The notes under the pieces: model-generated
The model's database searches: none
What the model saw: the letters and a program-made list of their open reading frames with translations, nothing else
Told to the model about the DNA's origin: nothing
Part shown: positions 48,635 through 56,571 of the stretch, one piece after another
Layout: each line of letters opens with the position of its first letter
Position numbering within the stretch: the stretch's first letter is position 1
Origin: Myxococcota bacterium
GTDB taxonomy: Bacteria > Myxococcota_A > UBA796 > UBA2385
Direction: 5' to 3'
NCBI GenBank assembly: GCA_044344255.1
Contig: JBIJDH010000026.1
Location: 32,781 to 96,780 of the forward strand
DNA length: 64,000 nucleotides
Translations under genes and position numbers: made by a program

Positions 48635-50615
48635 TCGCGGCGATGCCCTCGGTGTCCGGCTCCCAGATGGCGGTCGGCGGCATCAGCCCCTCCTCCATCA
48701 GCGTGATCAGCACGCTGTCCTCGGGGCTGCGACCGTCGAGCAGCGGGTCACCGTCCTCGGAGTTTGCGTTGGCGAAGTAGTACTGGGCGACCGCTCGCAG
48801 ATCGACCTCGGCGTCGTAAGAGAGGTCGAGCTGGACGGCGGTGGCCTGGGAGGCCGCCCCCGCGGGCCGATGGCAGAAGGAGCAGTTGCTGTGCAGGTAG
48901 CCGCGGGCCGCCTGGGTGGCGGCGTCGCCGGTGGGCGTCGGCGCGGGGGCGGGCGGGGCGTCGAGGTGGGCGGCGACGTCGGCCAGCCCCTCATCGCCGA
49001 GGACGACCGGGTCGAGGCCGAGCGGCCCGTCCGCCCCGCGGGCGGCGGCGTGGCACTCCTCGCAGGAGGCGTCGGAGGGCAGGGTGTAGGGGGCGCCGCT
49101 CGGGAGGGTGAACTCCGCCCGCGCCCCGTCGGTGAGCCAGGCCTCCTCGCCCTCCCAGCGATACACGCCGCCGAGCCAGCGGCCGTCGCGCTTCTCGAGG
49201 AGGCGCGTCTCGACGGGCGCCCCCTCCATGTGAAACGTCTTCCAGAGCAGCGCCCCCTCGGGCCAGGTCCACGGGGTGGTGCGCGTATCGACCACCGTGT
49301 CGGGGGGCAGCCACAGCCGCCGCTCCTTCTCGGCGCCGTTCGACCAGAGGGGGTAGCGCACCGAGAAGGGGGTGGCCTCCGCATAGGGCGTGTCGGAGAG
49401 GGGGCTGCCCACCGCGGCGACGGTGGGGGCCTCGGCGCGGAGCCCCACCCGGCGCACCGTCCCGCCGAGCTCGGTGAGGTAGAGCGTGCCGTCCGGCGCC
49501 TCCACCACCCGGGTGATGAAGGCCAGGTGACCGGCCGGCGCCGAGCCTCGGGAGAGGTTCCCCGCCTCGTCCACGTCGAGGGCGCGAATCCAGCCGTCAA
49601 AATAATCGCCCACCAGCACCTTCCCGGACAGGGCGCCGTCGTATCCGCGGCCGGAGATGCGCCCGCTCACCCAGGGGACGTGCGCGAAGCCCACGTGGCC
49701 GGCGCCATAGAGGTCTTCGGTGGGGAAGGTGTCGTCGTCGTCGGCCCAGGAGAAGGCGGGGTCGTCGAAGCGGCTGTCACTCGGCCCCTCCACCGCCGGA
49801 TAGCCGTAATTTCGGCCTGGCTCGTCGTATCGTTGGATCTCCTCGTAGCTGTGGTCGCCGGGGTCCGCGATACAGAGCGCGGCGCCGCAGTCGGTGACCC
49901 GCCAGGGGTTGCGGAGGCCGGCGGCGACGATGCGGGGGTCCTCAAAGGGGCCCTCGAGGGCGGCCTCTCCGAGGGAGCCGGGCTCGACGGACAGGGCGAG
50001 CAGCTTGCGGTTGAGGGAGGCGGGGTCCTGGGCGGTGCCGTCTTTGAGCACGCCCACCCCGAGGTAGAGGGCGGGCGTCGCGGTCTCCCCCGACCAGAAG
50101 GTGAGGCCGCCGCCGCAGTGGCCCTCGCCGCCGCCGGTCTCGACCTGGAGCACGGTCTCGGGGTCCGACAGGGTGAGCGGGGACAGGCTCAGGGACACGG
50201 CCCGGAGCTCTCCGCTCTGGCTGCCCCAGGCATAGAGGCGGTCATGATCGCCGTCGCCGAAGCGGGGATCGACGGCGATGCTGAGCAGCACGGCCTCGGG
50301 CTCCATCAGGGTGGCGGTGCCGAGCGTCTCGCCGGTGGCGGGGTCAAGGTGGATGAGCTCGCCCAGCAGCGTGGAGACGAGCAGGGTGCCGTCAGGCAGG
50401 GGGGCGAGGTCGGCGGCGTAGGGGAGGGTCGCCACCACCTCGAAGGCGAGCAGCGGCGCCTCGACGGGCGCCTCCTCGCCCCCGTCGGGCTCGGCGCCCT
50501 TGTCCCGACAGGCCGAGAGGGGCGCGAGCAGCAGCGTGAGCGGCAGGGTGAGCGGCAGGGTGAGCGACGGGGTGAGCGACGGGGTGAGCGACGGGGCGAG
50601 GAGCAGGGGGCGCAT
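48603..50615 (-). CDS. PQQ-dependent sugar dehydrogenase-like propeller fused to diheme cytochrome c (lipoprotein)
   Basis: LSAC lipobox; GHCGGGL.F, GLRNPWR, EEI, NYGYP; LWSNGAEK.R, P.G...KTF, ETRLL, CEECH, YLHSNCSFCH. Confidence 0.8.
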   Translation of the reverse strand: MRPLLLAPSLTPSLTPSLTLPLTLPLTLLLAPLSACRDKGAEPDGGEEAPVEAPLLAFEVVATLPYAADLAPLPDGTLLVSTLLGELIHLDPATGETLGTATLMEPEAVLLSIAVDPRFGDGDHDRLYAWGSQSGELRAVSLSLSPLTLSDPETVLQVETGGGEGHCGGGLTFWSGETATPALYLGVGVLKDGTAQDPASLNRKLLALSVEPGSLGEAALEGPFEDPRIVAAGLRNPWRVTDCGAALCIADPGDHSYEEIQRYDEPGRNYGYPAVEGPSDSRFDDPAFSWADDDDTFPTEDLYGAGHVGFAHVPWVSGRISGRGYDGALSGKVLVGDYFDGWIRALDVDEAGNLSRGSAPAGHLAFITRVVEAPDGTLYLTELGGTVRRVGLRAEAPTVAAVGSPLSDTPYAEATPFSVRYPLWSNGAEKERRLWLPPDTVVDTRTTPWTWPEGALLWKTFHMEGAPVETRLLEKRDGRWLGGVYRWEGEEAWLTDGARAEFTLPSGAPYTLPSDASCEECHAAARGADGPLGLDPVVLGDEGLADVAAHLDAPPAPAPTPTGDAATQAARGYLHSNCSFCHRPAGAASQATAVQLDLSYDAEVDLRAVAQYYFANANSEDGDPLLDGRSPEDSVLITLMEEGLMPPTAIWEPDTEGIAAITDWIGTLRP
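50536..50595 (-). repeat. 12-bp tandem repeat x5 in signal peptide (SLTP/PLTL)
   Basis: gtgagcggcagg x2 then gtgagcgacggg x3. Confidence 0.9.
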
Positions 50616-50752
50616 GGGGGCGACCTCCGCGCGGAGCATGGCCGCTGTCTTTGCGCCTGTCAAACCGAGTCCGGACCCTGCCGCCCCGCCCGCCCGCCCC
50701 GCTGGCCACGGCGCCGTCGGCCGGATAGCCGGCCCGCCTCCCGGGGATCCCC

Positions 50753-52033
50753 ATGCTCGCGCTGACGTATATCCGCAAGAACGTCGATCTGGTCCGCAAG
50801 GCCATCCACGACAAGCGCTCCACCTGTGACCTCGACGCCCTGCTCGCCGCCGATCAAGTGGTGATCGCGCTCCAGAAGCAGGCCCAGAGCGTGCAGGAGG
50901 AGCGGAACCGCCTCGCGAAGTCTTTCGGTAAGGCGAGCCCCGAGGAGCGGCTCATCAACCAGGAGCGGAGCCGCGTCCTCCGCGAGGAGATCGAGCAGCT
51001 CGGCGAGCAGGTCAAGGTGGCCGAGGCCCGCCTCCAGGAGCACCTCTGGCTCGTGCCGAACGTCCCCGCCGAGGGTGTCCCCGTCGGCGCGGACGCCGAG
51101 TCCAACCCGGTGGTCTCCTCCTGGCGGAGCCCGAACGTCTTCGACTTCCCGGTGCGCGACCATGTCGACCTCATGACCCGCCAGGGCTGGGCCGAGTTCG
51201 AGCGCATCACTGAGGTGAGCGGCAGCCGCACCTTCGCCCTCAAGGGGGACATGGTCCGGGTGGAGATGGCCGTGCACGCCCTGGTGCTCGACCTCCTCGA
51301 GCAGAACGGCTTCACGCCGATCACCGTGCCGGCCCTCGCCCGAGAGGCCGCCCTTTACGGCACGGGCCACTTCCCCATGGGCCGCGAAGACGCCTACTAC
51401 CTGGAGAAGGACGGGGTCTACCTCGCGGGCACCGCCGAGGTCGTGCTCACCAGCCTCCACCGCGGCGAGCTGCTCGACGAGTCGCAGCTCCCCCTCCTCT
51501 ACGCGGGCCTCTCCCCCTGCTTCCGCCGCGAGGCGGGCAGCGCCGGCCGCGACGTGCGCGGGCTGCTGCGCGTGCACCAGTTCACGAAGGTCGAGCAGTA
51601 CGTCATCTGCCGGAATGACCCCGAGGAGTCCCTCGCCTGGCACAAGAAGCTGCTCTCGATCGCCGAGCAGGTGCTCCAGCTCCTCGACCTCCCCTACCAG
51701 GTGGTCGAGTGCTGCACCGGCGACATGGGCGCCGGGAAGATCCGCATGAACGACATCGAGACCTGGGTGCCGAGCCTCCAAAAGTACCGGGAGACCCACT
51801 CCTGCTCCACGCTGCACGAGTGGCAGGCCCGCCGGGCGGATCTCCGCTACCGCAACAAGGAGGGCAAGGTCCAGTACGTCCACACGCTCAACAACACGGC
51901 CATCGCCACGCCGCGGGTGCTCGTCCCCCTCGTCGAGAACCACCAGCTCGCCGACGGCCGCGTCATGGTGCCCGAGGCCCTGCAGCCCTACCTCGGCGGC
52001 AAGAAGCTGCTCGGTCGGGTGCTCGAGGGCTGA
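50753..52033 (+). CDS. serS: Serine--tRNA ligase
   Basis: GTAE, SPCFRREAGSAG, RVHQFTKVEQ, DIETWVP, ETHSCS, HTLNNTA. Confidence 0.97.
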   Translation: MLALTYIRKNVDLVRKAIHDKRSTCDLDALLAADQVVIALQKQAQSVQEERNRLAKSFGKASPEERLINQERSRVLREEIEQLGEQVKVAEARLQEHLWLVPNVPAEGVPVGADAESNPVVSSWRSPNVFDFPVRDHVDLMTRQGWAEFERITEVSGSRTFALKGDMVRVEMAVHALVLDLLEQNGFTPITVPALAREAALYGTGHFPMGREDAYYLEKDGVYLAGTAEVVLTSLHRGELLDESQLPLLYAGLSPCFRREAGSAGRDVRGLLRVHQFTKVEQYVICRNDPEESLAWHKKLLSIAEQVLQLLDLPYQVVECCTGDMGAGKIRMNDIETWVPSLQKYRETHSCSTLHEWQARRADLRYRNKEGKVQYVHTLNNTAIATPRVLVPLVENHQLADGRVMVPEALQPYLGGKKLLGRVLEG

Positions 52034-52081
52034 GCGCCGGGACCGGGGGCTCGGGTTCCCGGGGCTCGGGTATAGGGCCGC

Positions 52082-52804
52082 TCAGCCAGCGTTCTTCCAG
52101 CGGGCGTGGAGCCACCACCAGGCCTCCGGTCGGCGCCGGATCCGATCCTCGTAGAAGGCCTGCGTGGCCGTGGTGATCGCGGGGATGGCGGCCGCGCGGT
52201 CCTCGGGGATCTCGATTTGCAGGGGCTCGATCATCACGACCCCGCCGCCCTCGTCGAGGGTCTGGTAGATGCCCACCACCGGCGGTCGTCGCTTGTGGAG
52301 CAGGGCCGCGAAGGCCGCCGAGGTGAGCGCCGGCCGGCCGAAGAGGGGCGCGGGGACGCCTGCGTTGTGGCGCTGGTCTTGGACGAAGATCACGAGCCGG
52401 CCGCGATCGAGGGCCGCCTCGGCCGCCGCCATCGAGCCCTTCGGCGGGAGGAGCTCGAGGTCGGCCCTCGCCCGCAGCCGGCCCACCAGCCAGGCGGCGA
52501 CCGGGTTGCTCGGCGTCTTCACGAAGATGGTCGCCGGGACGTGGCGGGCGCCCGAGACGAGCGCGAGGTCCCAGCAGGCGAAGTGCCCGGCCAGCGCGAG
52601 GGTGCCGCCACGGAGGTGCTCCACCCCGCGGAGCGTGCTGTACCGACCGAGGAGGAGGAGCAGGTAGCCGTAGGCCACCGTCCCCACAGTGCGGCGGAGG
52701 GCCCCGGGGTCCATCGTCGGGAAGCAGCGGCGGAGCTGCGCCGTGGCGAGCGAGCGCCGCACCGGCAGCACGAGCCACCACAGCCAGCCGAGCAGGGTGA
52801 TCAT
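52082..52804 (-). CDS. Lipid A late acyltransferase (LpxL/HtrB family)
   Basis: GHFACWD, DQRH, FGRPA, IRRRPEAWWWLHARWK; next to waaA-lpxK. Confidence 0.85.
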   Translation of the reverse strand: MITLLGWLWWLVLPVRRSLATAQLRRCFPTMDPGALRRTVGTVAYGYLLLLLGRYSTLRGVEHLRGGTLALAGHFACWDLALVSGARHVPATIFVKTPSNPVAAWLVGRLRARADLELLPPKGSMAAAEAALDRGRLVIFVQDQRHNAGVPAPLFGRPALTSAAFAALLHKRRPPVVGIYQTLDEGGGVVMIEPLQIEIPEDRAAAIPAITTATQAFYEDRIRRRPEAWWWLHARWKNAG

Positions 52805-52826
52805 GGCCGTCCTCGGGGGGCGGCCG

Positions 52827-54947
52827 TCACGGGATGAGGGCGCGGAGCGTGGTGAGGAGGGGCTCGGCGCCCTTCACCACGAGCTCCATCCGCAGCACCC
52901 GCACGGGCGCGCCGGGGGGCAGCCGGGCGGCGTCCTTCTCGGTCACCACGCAGCCTGCGGGGAGCTCACCCAAGGGGCGGTGGTCACCCACCACCCGACA
53001 GGAGCGCAGGGTCAGGCCGAGCGAGAGCAGGGCGCAGAGGAAGCGCTCGGGGCGGGCGACGCCGACCGCGACGTCGATCTCGCCCTTCACAGCGCCGAGC
53101 GGGTGGAGGGCGCCCTCGAACCACCAGCCGGCGGGTCGCAGGGTGGAGCGCACCGTCGGCAGGGCGGGGAGGCCGGCGGGGGCCTCTCCCGGGCCGTGCA
53201 GCCAGAGGGAGTGGGCGCGCAGGAGGGCGTCCAGCCCCTCGCGGCCCGCCCCCATCGGGATGGGGCCGCCGCCGGTGGGCGAGAGGGGGTCGAGGCAGAC
53301 GAGGTCGTGGTCGCGGTGGAGGCGGCGGTGCTGGAAGCCGTCGTCGAGCAGGATGAGCCGGGCCCCGAGGCGGCGGGCGGCCTCGGCGCCGGCCACGCGG
53401 TCGGGGGCCGAGACGACGCGCAGCCCGCGTCGACGCAGCATCTCGAGCTCATCGCCGAGGGGGCGCGCGGGCGCCGCTCCGGGGAGGCCCACGCGGACGT
53501 CGTCACCGCCGCCCGGCCGGCGGTACCCGCGGCCCACCACCCAGGCCCCCTCGAGCTGCTCGGCGAGCCAGCCGGTCACCGGCGTCTTGCCGACCCCGCC
53601 GGCGACGAGCGCCCCCACGCTCACCACGGGGAGCCCCGCCCGCTCCGGCGCCCCCGACCAGCCGCGGCCCCGGCGGGCGAGGGCCTGATAGGCGGGCACC
53701 AGCGGGCGGAGCAGGGGGCGTGGCGGGGCCTCGGGGGGCGTGACAGGGGCGGGCAGGCGGCCTGCGGCGCGGATCGCCGACTCGTTCTGCCCCACCGCCT
53801 GGGGCCCCACGGAGATGGCGGAGCGGATCGCGCGCGCCAGCCGCTCGGGCTCGGGCCGCTCGACCCGCACGGCGATGCCCTGGGTCCAGGCGTTGGGGTT
53901 GGCCGCGGTCTCCGGGCCGTGGACGACGGGGATGCCGGCCCGGAAGGCCTCGGCCGGGGAGTGGCCGCCGAGCGCGGGGTCAAAGGTGCCGCCGATGTAA
54001 GCTGCGCGGGCCTGGGCGAACAGACCGCCGAGCTCGCCCAGCGTGTCGAGGAGGAGGACGGCCCGCCCGGGGTCTACGCCCTCGGTGCGGCGGCTCCAGC
54101 GGAGGCCGCTCTGCTCGAGGAGGGCCACCACGGCGGGCACCCGGTCGAGGTGGCGGGGAGCGAGCACGAGCAGGGGCTTCGGGACGCGGCCGATGGGGTC
54201 GGGCACGAGGGCCCAGGCGGCGAGCAGCAGCCGCTCGTCGCCCTCACGGGTGCTGGCGGCCACGAAGGCGTCGCGGCCGAGCGCGAAGGTGGCCTCCTGG
54301 AGCTCGGCGGCGAGCTTGAGGTCGCCGGTCTCCTCCTGGCTCACGAAGCGCAGATCGCGGCTCAGCCAGCGCCAGAGCGGCGGGATGCGGCGCCAGCGCG
54401 CGGTGCCCCGGCTCGGGCGGGCGTTGACGACGACCACGGGGATGGAGCGGGCCCGACAGGCGGCCAGCCAGCCCGGCCAGAGCTCGGACTCGATGAGGAC
54501 CAGCCGCCCCGGGCGGGCCCGGTCGAGCCAGCGCTCGAAGACCCACGGCAGGTCGAGCGGCGCCGGGAAGGCCCCCTTCACCGGGGTGCGGAGCGAGAGG
54601 CTCGTGCGCCAGGCCCCAGGCTCGATCAAGGGCGCCAGGGCCCGCGCCGCCACGTGCTCACCCGCGCTCGCCCCGTGCAGCCAGGTCCAGCCGGGGACCG
54701 GGGACGGGAGGCCCCAGATGTGGCGCCGCGTGCGCGGGTCGAGCAGCAGGAAGGGCAGGGCCAGCGCGCCGAGGAGCCGCCAGAAGAACAGGAAGGTGGC
54801 GCCGATCCGCTCGTCCCAGGGGCCGCCCTCGGCGGGGGAGCCTCGTCCGACATCGGCCCCTCGGCGGGTCCACAGGATGGCCGGGGCGCCGGGCGGCGGG
54901 GCGCCGGGGGCGGGCAGCGGGCGGACGGGGCGCCGGGGCTCGCTCAC
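52827..54947 (-). CDS. waaA-lpxK: Fused Kdo transferase (WaaA) and tetraacyldisaccharide 4'-kinase (LpxK)
   Basis: WaaA: WLHGASAGE, PLD, ESELWP, VNAR, GDLK, AAST, APRH, DTLGEL, GGHS. LpxK: VSVG...GGVGKTP, RGY, GDE, LDDGFQH, TEKDA. Confidence 0.9.
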   Translation of the reverse strand: MSEPRRPVRPLPAPGAPPPGAPAILWTRRGADVGRGSPAEGGPWDERIGATFLFFWRLLGALALPFLLLDPRTRRHIWGLPSPVPGWTWLHGASAGEHVAARALAPLIEPGAWRTSLSLRTPVKGAFPAPLDLPWVFERWLDRARPGRLVLIESELWPGWLAACRARSIPVVVVNARPSRGTARWRRIPPLWRWLSRDLRFVSQEETGDLKLAAELQEATFALGRDAFVAASTREGDERLLLAAWALVPDPIGRVPKPLLVLAPRHLDRVPAVVALLEQSGLRWSRRTEGVDPGRAVLLLDTLGELGGLFAQARAAYIGGTFDPALGGHSPAEAFRAGIPVVHGPETAANPNAWTQGIAVRVERPEPERLARAIRSAISVGPQAVGQNESAIRAAGRLPAPVTPPEAPPRPLLRPLVPAYQALARRGRGWSGAPERAGLPVVSVGALVAGGVGKTPVTGWLAEQLEGAWVVGRGYRRPGGGDDVRVGLPGAAPARPLGDELEMLRRRGLRVVSAPDRVAGAEAARRLGARLILLDDGFQHRRLHRDHDLVCLDPLSPTGGGPIPMGAGREGLDALLRAHSLWLHGPGEAPAGLPALPTVRSTLRPAGWWFEGALHPLGAVKGEIDVAVGVARPERFLCALLSLGLTLRSCRVVGDHRPLGELPAGCVVTEKDAARLPPGAPVRVLRMELVVKGAEPLLTTLRALIP

Positions 54948-55318
54948 TCGGGCGCCGGGACCCAGCGGAATTGGGCCATGTCCACGCGGTCTCCGCTCGG
55001 GACCACCCCCTCGAGCGCGAGCCGCCGGAGCTGCTCGGGGCCGCGAGCGGGGTCTCCTTGGAGGGCGACGCTGCCGTCACTCCGGATGACGCGCCACCAG
55101 GGCACCGACGTGCCGGGCTCCAGGGCCGCCAGCGCGTAGCCCACCTGCCGCGCCGCCCGGGGGCTGCCGAGCGCCGCCGCCACCTGACCGTAGCCTGCGA
55201 CCCGCCCGGGCTCGACCTGAGACACCACCTCGTAGACCGCGGCCCGAAAGCCGATACGGTCCTCGGAGAGCGCGGCGGCGAGGTCCTGGAGGCGGGGCCG
55301 GTCGTCGTCGGGGAGCAT
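54944..55318 (-). CDS. Alkyltransferase-like protein (ATL, MGMT family)
   Basis: YGQVA, ARQVG, VPWWRVI (Trp replaces active-site Cys of PCHR). Confidence 0.85.
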   Translation of the reverse strand: MLPDDDRPRLQDLAAALSEDRIGFRAAVYEVVSQVEPGRVAGYGQVAAALGSPRAARQVGYALAALEPGTSVPWWRVIRSDGSVALQGDPARGPEQLRRLALEGVVPSGDRVDMAQFRWVPAPE

Positions 55319-55357
55319 CCGGCCGGCGTATCCCGCCGAAGCGGGCGCCGGGATCGC

Positions 55358-56134
55358 TCAGGGGGGGGCGCCCTGGCGCATCGGACCCGTGGGGGGGCCC
55401 ACACCGCCGTCCGCCAGCCCTTTCAGCACCTGACCGCATCGGTCGGGCGGCTCCGCCAGGTGGGCCACTCCGGCCTCACAGTAATGCTGGCGGTCCGGGA
55501 GGCCCTCACAGCTCCCCACCTTGAGGCAATATACGGAAGCTGCCGTATAAGAGCCCACGATCTGGTCGAAGGGGGAGGGGGTGCTCATCACCCTTGCGAT
55601 CTCCGCGGCGTCCGGGTTCGTATTCCACCAGCGCTGAAGGGAGTGGCGCCCGCAGTCCTGACCGTACTCTTCCGCGAAGAGCCCACAACGGTTGAGCTGA
55701 ACGAGGATGTCGGAGTGGGGCCGAAAGTCCAGAATTTCAAAGGCACAGTCCGGGATACCTCTGCACATCCCAAGCAAGGTCTCATCCGACCATTGGGCCC
55801 GATCGCGAAGCCGGGCGCTCACCCAACTGTGTAAACAACGCTCCTCCCAGTCCCCTGCCTTCTTACACCAGCTCCGGGTGGCTTCGGCGTCCCGGATGGC
55901 GGGGGAGGTAGAGAAGACGCAATACCCGTACTCGTCGGCTTGTCCGACATACTTCTCACACTGTGCGGGGTCCATCGCTGGACTCGGCGAGCGGCTGTTG
56001 CTCGGAGGGGCAGGCGCACCTGCTGCAGCCACCGGCGGAACGGAGCGGTGCCCGACGGCGGAGTCACCATCGGTCGGCGGGCGCCCGATGCAGCTTATCG
56101 CTGCAAGTGCGGTGAGGAGAGTCGGCGGAGACAA
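55358..56134 (-). CDS. Cys-rich hypothetical exported protein
   Basis: Hydrophobic N-terminus with Cys; about 13 Cys; atypical lower-GC codons. Confidence 0.6.
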   Translation of the reverse strand: MSPPTLLTALAAISCIGRPPTDGDSAVGHRSVPPVAAAGAPAPPSNSRSPSPAMDPAQCEKYVGQADEYGYCVFSTSPAIRDAEATRSWCKKAGDWEERCLHSWVSARLRDRAQWSDETLLGMCRGIPDCAFEILDFRPHSDILVQLNRCGLFAEEYGQDCGRHSLQRWWNTNPDAAEIARVMSTPSPFDQIVGSYTAASVYCLKVGSCEGLPDRQHYCEAGVAHLAEPPDRCGQVLKGLADGGVGPPTGPMRQGAPP

Positions 56135-56442
56135 TAGGCTTTGTCCTGTCCTTCGAGGAGGGAGCAGAGCTCCTGACCCATCTGTGGGTTGAGCTCCTTG
56201 ACATGCGCCGCCACCCAGGCGGAGACGGCGGATCCCCGAATGATCGTGTCGTCGATCAGGCGGCCCTTCGCCAGGACCGTCGGGGCGGCCGTTCCGGGAA
56301 GCCGGCCGATCTCGTCATGCAGGCAACGGTCGCGATCCAACCCGGGTGACATCTCTTCGCAGGGGCGCGCGGCCTGGCCGCCGCATGCGACGAGCAGGCA
56401 GACGAGGAGGGCGAGGCGGGTCGGCAGCGGGCGGTTCACCAT
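56095..56442 (-). CDS. Small Cys-rich lipoprotein
   Basis: LLVAC lipobox; C..M...DRDRCLH, LCSLL...AYCLRRL. Confidence 0.65.
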   Translation of the reverse strand: MVNRPLPTRLALLVCLLVACGGQAARPCEEMSPGLDRDRCLHDEIGRLPGTAAPTVLAKGRLIDDTIIRGSAVSAWVAAHVKELNPQMGQELCSLLEGQDKAYCLRRLSSPHLQR

Positions 56443-56571
56443 CGTGGCGTCACGCTAGCACCTCTCCCCGCCATCCGTGGGCCCCTTGACATCTCTTGAC
56501 CGGAGTTCGACCTCGGAGCGTACCTGCTGCCGGTACGCCTTCCCGGCTCTCGCGATCGGGTAGGATGGGCC

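Noticed and set aside
33998..50765. Long ORFs 33998-37984 -, 39243-41117 +, 47433-50765 +
   Set aside because: Shadow frames overlapping well-supported genes
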